This document shows, in pieces, positions 9,596 through 20,122 of a stretch of DNA of 64,000 nt. Where the stretch lies: NCBI GenBank assembly GCA_964587425.1, contig CAZPLB010000001.1, positions 30,545 through 94,544 of the forward strand, read 5' to 3'. Position 1 is the first letter of the stretch. The number at the start of each line of letters is the position of its first letter. A program made the translations under genes and the position numbers. A model generated the notes under the pieces. That model was given only the letters and a program-made list of their open reading frames with translations, had not been told where the DNA came from and ran no database searches. The DNA comes from an uncultured Gammaproteobacteria bacterium (lineage in GTDB: Bacteria > Patescibacteriota > Microgenomatia > UBA8517).

Positions 9596-10216
9596 TCAAA
9601 AGCTGTCAAAAGGGTTTTGGGGAGAGATTCTGCCCATATCAACTAAATTGCTTTTGGTCTCGAGGAAAAGTTTCTTGGGGTAATCCTCTGCCTGAACTAT
9701 CATTGGCTTGGCATCTTCTGGGGCATAATTCATGATTTCATCCATGACTTGCCTGTGCTTGAGCGTTGCCAATGCAAACCTTGAAAGGAATTCTGATGTA
9801 TCTGCTCCACTTGTTCTTGCTTTCTGTTCAGCATATTTTGCTTCTTCTAAATATTTTTCTGCTTTCACTAGAACTGACGCCCCAAGATCTGAATTTCCAT
9901 CTTTAAAGAGAGTTGTAGATTGTGCGAGCCTTTTGTCTGCAATAGTAAGAAGAGTGTTGGCTTTTTTCAGGTTGTTGAATGCAAATACTACCCAGAGTCT
10001 GTCTCTTACAGCCTTAAATGGCCAAAAAGGACTGTCTGGAGCAATTGGACCTGGGTAAACTAATTCATATTTTATATCCATGTCTTTTGCTGCGACTGGA
10101 GTAGGGCTTGGGGTTTGACCAAAAGCATATTGTATTTGTGAAGATTCAAGAATTGAGAATGCAAGAATTAGACTTGCGAAAAGAAAAGTTGCCGAAATTC
10201 CCGCTAAACGCTTCAT
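9596..10216 (-). CDS. DUF5667-like exported protein
   Basis: Signal peptide; YPGPIAPDSPFWPFKAVRDR, ADKRL pattern. Confidence 0.75.
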   Translation of the reverse strand: MKRLAGISATFLFASLILAFSILESSQIQYAFGQTPSPTPVAAKDMDIKYELVYPGPIAPDSPFWPFKAVRDRLWVVFAFNNLKKANTLLTIADKRLAQSTTLFKDGNSDLGASVLVKAEKYLEEAKYAEQKARTSGADTSEFLSRFALATLKHRQVMDEIMNYAPEDAKPMIVQAEDYPKKLFLETKSNLVDMGRISPQNPFDSF

Positions 10217-10281
10217 TATTAGGTAATTATTAGGTTAACACAGGTTGTCAACAACTTTCAATTGTCTTTAGACAAGTACTC

Positions 10282-10926
10282 CTATCTAAATAGCATTATT
10301 GGCCATTCCCAGAGGACATGAAGAAGGATTGAGGAAGAAATGTTTCTGGTTCTTGAATAGAGATATGTGGAGCCAAGACCGAATACAAATGTTAGAAAAA
10401 TGTAAACAATGGAAGTTGCAAAATTGTATTTCCAAACAAAGATCATTACTGGAACATGGATTACTGTCCAAAGAACGCTAGTTATTATGTTTGATGTGAA
10501 TTCATTTTTAAAAACAAGAGAGAGTCTTGTAAAAATGTAGCCTCTGAAGGTGATCTCTTCCGATATGGCTGTTGCAAAAGAAATTCCAAGCGAGCTAAAA
10601 ATTCCTAGTGTTCCCAGGTTTGCCTGAAAATTAAGGTGGCCATACTTTACAAAATTTGTGACAATGGCCTCAATTGCAAAAAGGGAACCAAGAGCTAGAG
10701 AGAGATATATTGCTGGAAAGAGATTTTTAGTGGTTATACCAAGGTTTTCAAGTTTGAGGTGTCCTCTTTTAAAGAAAAAGAAAGTGGCTCCAAGCCAAAT
10801 TGCCGGCTTTAATACTAACTCCTCTACTTCCTGTGGGAGCTGAAAAAATAATCTATAGAAACCCCATACAACAAAGAGGAAAACAAAAAGACTTATTGAA
10901 TCTTTGAGTGCCCTAACCTTCCCCAT
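10282..10926 (-). CDS. CPBP (CAAX/Abi) intramembrane metalloprotease
   Basis: SEEITFRG, VIH, LLHVLW motifs; multiple TM helices. Confidence 0.88.
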   Translation of the reverse strand: MGKVRALKDSISLFVFLFVVWGFYRLFFQLPQEVEELVLKPAIWLGATFFFFKRGHLKLENLGITTKNLFPAIYLSLALGSLFAIEAIVTNFVKYGHLNFQANLGTLGIFSSLGISFATAISEEITFRGYIFTRLSLVFKNEFTSNIITSVLWTVIHVPVMIFVWKYNFATSIVYIFLTFVFGLGSTYLYSRTRNISSSILLHVLWEWPIMLFR

Positions 10927-11411
10927 TATTTAATTCTACACTCTTTAAATGATGTATCAATGGCTGTCACCACCTGCCCTACTCTATCTCTGGCTCCATC
11001 ATAATTTACTACTCTTTTTTCTTCTGGAAACCAGTGGAAAACTAAATTTCTGCAGTTTTTCCATGTCTCCCAAAGCATATCTGGAACCTCCTTACTCCCT
11101 AAGAATTCAACTAACTTGTCATATACACCTTCTTTTCTAAGGAATGGCTCAAGCTGGGGGTTTAGAGCTTTACCAATCCTGAAGTGTTTTCCATAATAGT
11201 CCTCTTCTCTAATGAACTTTAGGTCAAGGAGTAATTTTTTTAAATATCCTTCGTAGGCCTTGGCTGCTGGGAATACTATGAAAGAATAATCGTGGAAACT
11301 TTGATTGTTGCCTTCAAACTTATCTATCAAAAGGAATGACTCTTCAAGGAGTTCACGAAGGTCTTCTTCTAAATAGTCATACCAAGGTTTGTCTTTGATA
11401 TTTGCTTCCAC
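10926..11411 (-). CDS. RNase LS (RnlA)-like HEPN domain protein
   Basis: DYSFIVFPAAKAYEGYLKK and RNLVFH (Rx4H) motifs. Confidence 0.7.
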   Translation of the reverse strand: MEANIKDKPWYDYLEEDLRELLEESFLLIDKFEGNNQSFHDYSFIVFPAAKAYEGYLKKLLLDLKFIREEDYYGKHFRIGKALNPQLEPFLRKEGVYDKLVEFLGSKEVPDMLWETWKNCRNLVFHWFPEEKRVVNYDGARDRVGQVVTAIDTSFKECRIK

Positions 11412-11469
11412 GTAAAGAGTATATCGCTCTTGGGATTAAAATAAAAGACAAGATTGGAGTATAATTTAG

Positions 11470-13734
11470 ATGCTCATGGAAAAGAAGGTTGAAGAGATCT
11501 CAGAAAAACGAAAAGAGATCTTGGAGAAAGTTACTAATCAAAAAAAATACGGTAATATCTTTAGTAGATTGAGGCACAATGTTCACCTACAGAAGAAAGT
11601 AATTTTCTTTGGAGTAGTTGGAACTGCTTTGATTTGGTTTTTTTCTGGAGTCCCTCTACCCACTACTCTTGGACAGCAAGTTGCAGTATCGAGCAAAATA
11701 ATGGACAGGAATGGGAAACTTATATATGAAGTTTTTTCTGAAAAGAAAAGAAGTCCTATAAAAATATCTGAACTTCCTGATTCTGTTAAAAATGCCACGG
11801 TTTCAATTGAGGATAAAGACTTTTACAAACATAGTGCATTTTCACCAACTGGAATTCTTCGCGCCATTTACAGCACTGTCTTCAAGAGAAAAGTCCAAGG
11901 AGGGTCTACTCTTACTCAACAACTGGTCAGAACTGCGTTTTTGACAACTGACAGAAGTTTAATTCGTAAGGCAAGAGAATTTTTCCTTGCAATGATAGTT
12001 GAAGCCATTTATACCAAAGATCAGATACTTGAAGCATATTTAAATCAAGTTCCATATGGGGGAAGCGCATATGGAATTGAGGCAGCCAGTGAACTTTACT
12101 TTGACAAACCAGCCAAAGATTTAACACTTCCTGAGGCATCGCTTTTGGCTGGGTTAACCCAGGCTCCAACACAATATTCTCCTTTTGGTGCACATCCAGA
12201 ACTGGCAAAACAGAGACAAGAGGTAGTCTTGCAGACAATGGTTGACAATAAATACATATCATTTGATGAGGCAACTGTTGCCAAAACTACTGAACTGAAG
12301 TTTGCAACGCCTCAAAACATTAATGCTCCACACTTTGCTCTTTGGATTAAGGATCAACTAGCTCGTAAGTATGGTGACTTGTTGGTTGAAGAAGGCGGAC
12401 TTCGAGTCACTACTACTCTTGACCTTGATTTACAAAATTTTGCACAAGATGCTGTCGCAACAGAAGTTGGTAAATTGAAAAAGCAAAATGTAGGAAATGG
12501 GGCATTGATTGCAACTCGCCCTGGAACAGGAGAAATCTTGGCAATGGTCGGGAGCAAAGACTATTTTGCAAAAGATGAAGATGGACAAGTAAATGTGATA
12601 CTTGCAAATCGACAGCCTGGATCATCAATTAAACCACTTAATTATGGGCTTGCAATCAAGGACAAAAAAATAACTCCTGCAACTATTATTGCTGATGTTC
12701 CAACATGCTTTGTTGTAGCTGGTCAGCCTTCATATTGTCCTACCAATTATGACCATAAATATCATGGCGGGGTTGCTGCCAGATTTGCGCTTGGAAATTC
12801 ATTTAATATTCCTGCTGTTCGAGTGTTGGATTTAAATGGAATAGATAACTTTATAAATTTTGCAACAAGCCTTGGAATTACAACATTTACCGATCCTTCA
12901 CAGTATGGACTTTCATTAACTCTTGGAGGAGGAGAAGTGAGGCCATACGATATGGCTGAAGCATATGGAGTGTTTGCAAATCAAGGAATCAAAGAGCCAC
13001 TAACTGCAATTTTGAAGGTTACGGATTGGAAAGGAAAAGTATATGAAGATGACACACCTAAAGAACTTGAGGGAGATAGGGTACTTGGAGAAGATGTTTC
13101 ATTTTTGGTTTCGCATATTTTACTAGACAATAATGCAAGAACTGAGGCCTTTGGACCAAGTTCATTTTTGAATGTCAAAGGACACCCTGAAGTATCTGTC
13201 AAAACTGGAACTACTAATGACAGAAGAGACAATTGGACAATTGGCTACACTGGACAAATAGTTGTTGTTACATGGGTTGGAAATAATGACAACTCACCAA
13301 TGAGCGGGGCTGTGTCTGGAGTTTCTGGGGCATCCCCCATTTGGAACAAAGTGATTAAGTTTGCTCTCGATAAATCTGAGAAGGGTGCATACAACTCAAA
13401 AGATGAGGGGCACGCTTGGCCAAAGCAACCATCAAACGTTGTTGGTGCAAATGTTTGTGCAACTACTGGGGCAAGGCCAACAAGTACCGACCCCAATGTT
13501 CCAAATTGCCCTGCAAGATTTGAATACTTCTTAGAGGGTACTGTTCCGGCTGCGGCTGATGAACTGAGACAAGATGTTGTTGTCTACAAAGATACACATA
13601 TGCTGGCTGGATCAAAAGCACTTCCAGAGCAAGTTCAAACAGAAAACCATCCAGTATTAATTGATCCATTGAAAACTTTGATGTGTCTTGACTGTCCTCT
13701 ACCAACAGAGCCGGTTATTATTAGATATCCATAA
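11470..13734 (+). CDS. class A penicillin-binding protein (transglycosylase/transpeptidase)
   Basis: EDKDFYKH, QGGSTLTQQL, SSIK, SFN, KTG. Confidence 0.95.
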   Translation: MLMEKKVEEISEKRKEILEKVTNQKKYGNIFSRLRHNVHLQKKVIFFGVVGTALIWFFSGVPLPTTLGQQVAVSSKIMDRNGKLIYEVFSEKKRSPIKISELPDSVKNATVSIEDKDFYKHSAFSPTGILRAIYSTVFKRKVQGGSTLTQQLVRTAFLTTDRSLIRKAREFFLAMIVEAIYTKDQILEAYLNQVPYGGSAYGIEAASELYFDKPAKDLTLPEASLLAGLTQAPTQYSPFGAHPELAKQRQEVVLQTMVDNKYISFDEATVAKTTELKFATPQNINAPHFALWIKDQLARKYGDLLVEEGGLRVTTTLDLDLQNFAQDAVATEVGKLKKQNVGNGALIATRPGTGEILAMVGSKDYFAKDEDGQVNVILANRQPGSSIKPLNYGLAIKDKKITPATIIADVPTCFVVAGQPSYCPTNYDHKYHGGVAARFALGNSFNIPAVRVLDLNGIDNFINFATSLGITTFTDPSQYGLSLTLGGGEVRPYDMAEAYGVFANQGIKEPLTAILKVTDWKGKVYEDDTPKELEGDRVLGEDVSFLVSHILLDNNARTEAFGPSSFLNVKGHPEVSVKTGTTNDRRDNWTIGYTGQIVVVTWVGNNDNSPMSGAVSGVSGASPIWNKVIKFALDKSEKGAYNSKDEGHAWPKQPSNVVGANVCATTGARPTSTDPNVPNCPARFEYFLEGTVPAAADELRQDVVVYKDTHMLAGSKALPEQVQTENHPVLIDPLKTLMCLDCPLPTEPVIIRYP

Positions 13735-13793
13735 TTATTTTCTTGATCAAACTCCCCGTTTAATATTATGGGTTTGAATGATACAATCGGTGC

Positions 13794-16217
13794 GTGGTTA
13801 AGCTTCGAAAGAAAGTTTCAAATTTAAAAATTTTTGCCAGTATCTTAGTTTTTATTGGGAAACCTTTTTACATCATCTTTAGTTATGTTGTTATTGGAGT
13901 ATTAACTTTCTTCTACGTCATTGGAAATAGAAGTAGGATCTTGGTTGAAAAAACTTTTGCAGTAACTCAAAAATTAATTAAGAGAGCTAAGAAGAAAAAG
14001 GTTCGTTCAAAGAAAAAGGCAAAGAAGTTTAAATTTCCAAAACTGATTTTCCCAAGTATTTCTTTTACCCTCCCAAATTTCTCTTTCTCTCCAAAAGTTT
14101 TTTCCAAGAGATTTGTACACATAACGAAAACAAAGTCTTCAAAAAAGAAGTTACAAAAGAAAAATGTTCTTCTCGAAAAATTAAATATTTCGAAAGTATT
14201 ACTTTTTTCTAAATTAAGTGTTGGGAGAAAAGTAAAGATTGGTGGAATAATTTTTGTGTGTTTGGCTTCTATTGTTTTTTTCATATGGAATGGTGTTTTT
14301 CGCAGTCTCCCCTCTTCAAAAGAATTGATGAGCCGTAAGATTCAGGTTTCAACTAAGATACTAGACAGAAACGGACAACTCTTGTATGAAATTTACAAAG
14401 ATCAAAACAGAACTCCCGTTTCTCTTTCTCAAGTCCCAAATGAAGTAAAAGCAGCTACTCTTGCTTCTGAGGATGCTGATTTTTACAACCATCCAGGGTT
14501 TTCTGTAAAAGGAATTGTTAGGGCTTTATTTAATGATGTCACTCATGGACAACTGAGTGGAGGATCTACAATTACACAGCAGTTGGTTAAGAATGCATTA
14601 CTTACACCACAGAAAACTTTTACAAGAAAAATTAAAGAACTTGTTCTTTCTCTTGAAGTAGAGGCAAATTTCTCTAAAGATCAGATTCTTGAGATGTATC
14701 TCAATGAGGTTTCGTATGGAGGAAGTGCGTACGGAATACAGGAGGCTTCAAGGATTTATTTCGGAAAGGATGTGACTGAAATTGATTTGGCTGAAGCTGC
14801 ACTCTTGGCAGGTCTTCCTAAAAGTCCAACACAATACTCCCCGCATGGAGCTGACCCTGAACTTGCTATTGAACGACAGAGGGAGGTTTTGAAACTGATG
14901 TTTGATAATGGATTTATAACAAAGGAACAACAAGATGCCGCACTGAGTGAGAAACTCACTTTTTCAGCAAGCGATATCTCAATTAAAGCACCACATTTTG
15001 TAATGTATGTTAAACAGCAATTGGTTGATAAATTTGGAGAGGAAATGGTTGAATCTGGAGGACTAACTGTGACAACTACTCTTGACTACTCTATTCAAAA
15101 AATGGCTGAGGGGGTTGTTAAAAAACAAATTGGGCAATTGAAAAATTATCATGTCACGAATGGAGCGGCTATAGTTATGGATCCCAAAACTGGAGAAATA
15201 CTCGCCATGGTTGGATCTGAGGATTACTTCAACACAAAGAATGACGGTGAAGTGAACGTGACCACATCACTCCAGGAACCTGGGTCTTTTGTAAAGGTAA
15301 TTAATTATGCATATGCATTGGGGCATGGGTTTACTCCGGCTTCCATAATTTCTGATACTCCCACTAAGTTTATTGTTCCAGGGCAAGCGCCATATATTCC
15401 TGTTAATTATGATGGCAAGTTTGTTGGAAATGTCACACTTCGCTCCGCCTTAGCACAGTCTAGAAACATTCCAGCTGTTAAAGTTGAAGAGTCATATGGG
15501 GTTGATAAAATGGTTGCCTTGGGGCAGAAGATGGGAATTACTACATGGAAGGATCCCTCTTTATATGGACTATCTTTGACTCTTGGAGGAGGAAGCGCCA
15601 AGCTAATTGACTTGGCACGAGTTGGGTCAACAATTGCAAACTATGGAGCGAGGCCTCCCTTGCTTTCAGTCTTGAGGGTAACTGATTACCGCGGAAAAAG
15701 ATTAATTTACGGGTGCGATAGTGAAACTTGCACTGAAGAGCAAGTCATAACTCCTGGAGTAGCATTTTTATTAATTGATATATTAAAGGACAACAAGGCT
15801 CGTGCTCCTGAATTTGGATTCAGATCTCAACTTGTTGTTACTGGGCACCCTGAGATTGCTGTAAAAACTGGGACGAGCAATAGTTTTCGAGACAATTTGA
15901 CGATAGGGTTTAGCCAGAAATACTTAACTGCTGTATGGGTTGGAAACAATGACAATTCACCTATGAATAGAATTGCATCAGGGATTACAGGGGCAGCACC
16001 CATTTGGAATGAAATCATGAATAGACTAATGGCACAAGAGCCAAGCCTGGCTTGGGAGGCACCTGATGACGTACTTTCAATGCAGGTGTGCGGGTACAGT
16101 GAATGGTTTCTGAAGGAGGCGAAAGTAAAAGTTAATTGCGGTTTAAATAGCACTGCAAAAGCAAATAGTAATATAAAAAAGGAAGATATATTAGATGGAA
16201 TTAGTACTTCGCGTTAG
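13794..16217 (+). CDS. class A penicillin-binding protein with long Lys-rich N-terminus
   Basis: EDADFYNH, GGSTITQQL, SFVK, SRN, KTG; paralog of the upstream PBP. Confidence 0.93.
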   Translation: MVKLRKKVSNLKIFASILVFIGKPFYIIFSYVVIGVLTFFYVIGNRSRILVEKTFAVTQKLIKRAKKKKVRSKKKAKKFKFPKLIFPSISFTLPNFSFSPKVFSKRFVHITKTKSSKKKLQKKNVLLEKLNISKVLLFSKLSVGRKVKIGGIIFVCLASIVFFIWNGVFRSLPSSKELMSRKIQVSTKILDRNGQLLYEIYKDQNRTPVSLSQVPNEVKAATLASEDADFYNHPGFSVKGIVRALFNDVTHGQLSGGSTITQQLVKNALLTPQKTFTRKIKELVLSLEVEANFSKDQILEMYLNEVSYGGSAYGIQEASRIYFGKDVTEIDLAEAALLAGLPKSPTQYSPHGADPELAIERQREVLKLMFDNGFITKEQQDAALSEKLTFSASDISIKAPHFVMYVKQQLVDKFGEEMVESGGLTVTTTLDYSIQKMAEGVVKKQIGQLKNYHVTNGAAIVMDPKTGEILAMVGSEDYFNTKNDGEVNVTTSLQEPGSFVKVINYAYALGHGFTPASIISDTPTKFIVPGQAPYIPVNYDGKFVGNVTLRSALAQSRNIPAVKVEESYGVDKMVALGQKMGITTWKDPSLYGLSLTLGGGSAKLIDLARVGSTIANYGARPPLLSVLRVTDYRGKRLIYGCDSETCTEEQVITPGVAFLLIDILKDNKARAPEFGFRSQLVVTGHPEIAVKTGTSNSFRDNLTIGFSQKYLTAVWVGNNDNSPMNRIASGITGAAPIWNEIMNRLMAQEPSLAWEAPDDVLSMQVCGYSEWFLKEAKVKVNCGLNSTAKANSNIKKEDILDGISTSR

Positions 16218-17074
16218 GAGTTTTTATTCCAACCCCAGATAACTCTTGAGAGGAAGACTATTAATATTATTGAAGGGATGAAGGCAGGGCCTGCAAACCC
16301 CATGAGGTTAAATATTAAAACCAAAATTACAGGAATTGTAATTGCGTGCATGCCCATTTGATATATTTTCCCAAATTCCAATTTTGATTTTAATAGTTTT
16401 GAGATTAACCAGACAATAATGGTTATGAAGAAAAGGTATATTAGTTTTCCCAAGAGCGCAAAACTGGCTGCTATAAATGGCCAAACTATAATGGAAAGTA
16501 AAATTAGAACGATAGCTAGAGTTGGAAGGAAATTAAGATATGGCAGGAGTTTGGCAACTATTGTATCGTAGCCATTTTTATCGATAACAAAATTAGTCTG
16601 TGTGTTGTCTTTATTGAGTTCGTTTAATGGATATACTCTGTAGGAAGACTCCTTGTCAAAGCTGACCACTGAATCTTTGGTTACAAGAATTACAGTTTTG
16701 TATTTTAATATATCTTCTGCTTTGGCTTTGGTATCGATAGTTATGAAATGTTTATCAACCATTTTTGGAAGATCTAAATAGTATGGTTCTTTGACATTTG
16801 TTGATATTAATCCATCTTGAACTTTAACCACCAATTCTTTGGGGTAGAAATTTTGCGCAGAAGTTTTAACTTCATTTACAAAATTTGGAATCTTGGGAAT
16901 TAGGCTGCCGATCTCAAGAGAGAACCTGATTCCAGAAAGAATAGAAACAAAAAGTAATAACAAGAATAGGTACTTAAGAGAGAAGGAGAATTTTGTCTTA
17001 ACTATTTCTTTGTAGTAACTAAAACTACCAATGCTTTTCTTGAAAACGTGCCAGAAGGTTTTTAGTTTTAACAT
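16214..17074 (-). CDS. DUF1189-like membrane protein
   Basis: N-terminal TM, extracellular domain, four C-terminal TMs. Confidence 0.65.
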   Translation of the reverse strand: MLKLKTFWHVFKKSIGSFSYYKEIVKTKFSFSLKYLFLLLLFVSILSGIRFSLEIGSLIPKIPNFVNEVKTSAQNFYPKELVVKVQDGLISTNVKEPYYLDLPKMVDKHFITIDTKAKAEDILKYKTVILVTKDSVVSFDKESSYRVYPLNELNKDNTQTNFVIDKNGYDTIVAKLLPYLNFLPTLAIVLILLSIIVWPFIAASFALLGKLIYLFFITIIVWLISKLLKSKLEFGKIYQMGMHAITIPVILVLIFNLMGFAGPAFIPSIILIVFLSRVIWGWNKNS

Positions 17075-17078
17075 GCTT

Positions 17079-18068
17079 TTAATTCTCTACTTCAAAATTA
17101 TATATCAATTTTGAAATTTGTGGAATAGCAACTTTCGCCTCTTCAATATCTGCTTCTTCGGTCATTATAACCAAGATGAAAGGATTCTTGGCAAAAACTA
17201 TTCCCCCATCATTTAAAACTCCAGTTGTTGTTGCATATTTATGGGCAACCCGAACATCTGGAATTCCTTCGGGGATTAATAACTCAAAACTCGTGTTTGT
17301 AAGGAGATCTAGTATTTCTTCTTTTGAAGAGTCACTAACAAGGTTGCCCACCATCATGTTTTTGTATAAATTACCTATGTCATGGGGAGTTGTCGCACTG
17401 TCATCAATTGAAGTATTTTCCATTTGGGCATCAACTATTGCCTTTTTTATTGATGCATAACCAACAATATTTGAAAGCTGTACAAAGGCTCCGTTGTCTG
17501 AATTTTTAGCAAGGCGGTAGAGGGCGTCTGATACTGCGTCTTTATCCACTTTTCCTGATTCTATTCCACGGTAGACTGCAATCATTAAAGGTAATTTAAA
17601 GAGTGATGCCCCTTCAGTAGGTTTATCTTCATTAATGCCATATGATAATTTTTCTCCACCAAGTTCTTCTACCCATATATCATAGTTTCCAGTTAGATCT
17701 GCAGTAAGAGTGTTAATGGAACTAATTAGAGCCTGCCTGTCTTTGATTGGTTTTTTGTAAACATGAAATTTTTCTCCATCGTCTTTTGTTATCACTACAG
17801 TTTCAGTTAGTGTTGGGAGGGCAAATTTTGGGAAATTGAATGAGGTATTTGTCCTTTTGGAGGATAGAGCGAGGCCCACTGGGGTTGCGATTGTGAGGGC
17901 AAGTACTGCAACAACAATAATTCTTTCTCTTTTTGTCCAAATCTTTATTGGTTCTTTTCTTCTTCTTCTGTTTCTTGAAGTCAGGTCTTTTATTTTAGTT
18001 TTAGGTATTTTCTGTTCTACATCTTCAACTTCATCAACTTCTACTTTTTTGCGGCGAAATGAGAGCAT
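17079..18068 (-). CDS. membrane-anchored serine hydrolase (class A beta-lactamase-like)
   Basis: ASLFKLP (SxxK), SDN, AHKYA (KTG variant), NDGG; TM anchor. Confidence 0.8.
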   Translation of the reverse strand: MLSFRRKKVEVDEVEDVEQKIPKTKIKDLTSRNRRRRKEPIKIWTKRERIIVVAVLALTIATPVGLALSSKRTNTSFNFPKFALPTLTETVVITKDDGEKFHVYKKPIKDRQALISSINTLTADLTGNYDIWVEELGGEKLSYGINEDKPTEGASLFKLPLMIAVYRGIESGKVDKDAVSDALYRLAKNSDNGAFVQLSNIVGYASIKKAIVDAQMENTSIDDSATTPHDIGNLYKNMMVGNLVSDSSKEEILDLLTNTSFELLIPEGIPDVRVAHKYATTTGVLNDGGIVFAKNPFILVIMTEEADIEEAKVAIPQISKLIYNFEVEN

Positions 18069-18112
18069 AATTGTATTTTACTATAAAGTGATACCGGAAG
18101 CTCAATGGTTAA

Positions 18113-19099
18113 TTATTTTCTTCTTTTTTCCCAAACTTCAGGATTAACAATATTTTCTGGTTGTTTGTCGCTTGCAACATCTAAAATTGCTTGTACCACC
18201 TGGCTTCCCATTTTATCTCTTGCTTCATTTGTCGCTGATGCAATGTGGGGAGTTAATATCACATTTGGCATTCCAATTAGTTCTGGATCAATACTAGGTT
18301 CATTGTCAAAAACATCAAGACCAGCAGCTCCCAACTGTCCACTCCTTAATTCTTTTACTAAATCTGTTTCACTTACAATTGGACCCCTGGCAGTATTAAC
18401 CAAGATTGCACCTTTTTTCATTTTTGCAAATGTCGCTTCATTTACCATGTGCCTTGTTTCATCTGTTAGTGGGACATGGAGAGATACAATGTCTGATGAG
18501 GCGAAAAGTGTATCAAGGTCTGCAAACTTAATTCCCAGCTCTGACTCTACCTTTGGATCTGGTTCTCTTTTATTATATAAAACATTCATTTCAAATCCTT
18601 TGGCGCGTTTGGCAACCATGGTTCCAATTCTTCCAAGACCTATTATTCCAAGTGTTTTTCCTTTAAGAGTAGTTCCTAGAAAAATATCAGGTTCCCAACC
18701 TTTATATCCTCCACTTCTGGTTGCTTTGTCTGCTTCTACTACTCTTCTGGCAAGACCCAGTATTAATGCCCAAGTGTGTTCGGCAACTGCTTCATTTACT
18801 TCGTCGCTTGGAGTATTAACTACCACAATTCCCCTGTCTGTTGCTGCTTTTACATCAACATTATCAAAGCCAACGGCATAATTACTTACTATTTTTAACT
18901 GTGGACCTGCTGCATCCATTAAATCACCATCAATTCTATCTGTGAGCAAACAAAGAAGGGCATCTATGCCTTTTACTTTTTCTACTAGTTCTTCCTGTGT
19001 TAGTGGTCTATCTACTTCTGAGACAAGAACTTGATTTCCGTCCACTTTTAGCTTTTCAATGTGGTTTCCTGGAATTTTTCTTGTTACAAATATTTTCAT
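18113..19099 (-). CDS. D-glycerate dehydrogenase / glyoxylate reductase (D-2-hydroxyacid dehydrogenase)
   Basis: GLGRIG, NTARG, LDVF, TPHIASAT. Confidence 0.92.
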   Translation of the reverse strand: MKIFVTRKIPGNHIEKLKVDGNQVLVSEVDRPLTQEELVEKVKGIDALLCLLTDRIDGDLMDAAGPQLKIVSNYAVGFDNVDVKAATDRGIVVVNTPSDEVNEAVAEHTWALILGLARRVVEADKATRSGGYKGWEPDIFLGTTLKGKTLGIIGLGRIGTMVAKRAKGFEMNVLYNKREPDPKVESELGIKFADLDTLFASSDIVSLHVPLTDETRHMVNEATFAKMKKGAILVNTARGPIVSETDLVKELRSGQLGAAGLDVFDNEPSIDPELIGMPNVILTPHIASATNEARDKMGSQVVQAILDVASDKQPENIVNPEVWEKRRK

Positions 19100-19126
19100 A
19101 TTATTAATCTAAATTAAACAATAATC

Positions 19127-20122
19127 TTAAAATTCTTCAACTTTAACATCTGAACTTTTGCATCTTTCAAGCCATGCTGGAATTTCATCTTCATGAAGAA
19201 GTCCACGCTGGGGACCAATATATCCAATAACTGAAGATGAATTTACCATTCCCCAAAGGAGGGCTTCGGTTAATGGTTTTCCTTTAATGAGAGCTCCAAG
19301 GCAACCTGAACCAAAGGCGTCTCCTGCTCCAGTTCTTTCATATGCATCAACAGGGAGAATTCCAGTTTTATAGAACTTTCCATTTTCAAGTGCAAATGCA
19401 CCTTGTCCACCATCTGTGATTATTGGAACTTTGCAACCTAATTTATTGAGTGCTGTTAATAATTCTTTTTCATTATTTGCAGAGGCCGTTATTCCTGTTA
19501 AATTTTGGGCTTCTTCTCTATTTACAAATATAATTTGAGATATTTTCATAATCTCTGCTATATCTTTTGGGTCTGCCCTTAACTGCCAACTGCCTGGATT
19601 GAAGGCAAGTTTTACAGTTGGATTTTTGGCAAGCCACTCTGCCATATGTTTATAAAATGGTCTAAAGGATTCACCCATTGAAGTAAGGTAGACCCATGGG
19701 ACAGTTGGCAGTTGGACTGGGTATTCATATGAACGGGGTGCGTGATATACAAAAATGGTTCGTTCACTTTGATAGTTAACTACTGTTGAATAATTTGAAC
19801 TTGTTTGGGTTTGCTGGAAAACATAAGTTCTGTCTACTTTTTCTTTCTCAAGAGTTTGAACGATTTGGTTGCCAATGTTGTCATCTCCTAGAGTCAACAC
19901 AATTGCTGTTTTAATTCCCAACCTACTTGCACCAACTGCATTATTTGCTGCATTTCCACCAATTGAGAAATTCAGGGATTTAACTGGAATTTTGTCTCCA
20001 AAAGAAAAACAGATGAGGCAGTCCTTTGTGTCTAATTTACACATGGTTTGAGACTCTGTTGGCTCTATGAAAGTGTCAAGAGAAGCGTCGCCTACTGAGA
20101 GCAGTTCAAAATTATTGTCCAT
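19127..20122 (-). CDS. PfkB-family carbohydrate kinase
   Basis: GGNAANNAVG, NREEA, TGAGDAF. Confidence 0.9.
   Translation of the reverse strand: MDNNFELLSVGDASLDTFIEPTESQTMCKLDTKDCLICFSFGDKIPVKSLNFSIGGNAANNAVGASRLGIKTAIVLTLGDDNIGNQIVQTLEKEKVDRTYVFQQTQTSSNYSTVVNYQSERTIFVYHAPRSYEYPVQLPTVPWVYLTSMGESFRPFYKHMAEWLAKNPTVKLAFNPGSWQLRADPKDIAEIMKISQIIFVNREEAQNLTGITASANNEKELLTALNKLGCKVPIITDGGQGAFALENGKFYKTGILPVDAYERTGAGDAFGSGCLGALIKGKPLTEALLWGMVNSSSVIGYIGPQRGLLHEDEIPAWLERCKSSDVKVEEF

Noticed and set aside
18105-18881. 258-aa plus-strand ORF
   Set aside because: Antisense shadow of the D-glycerate dehydrogenase; no independent motifs.
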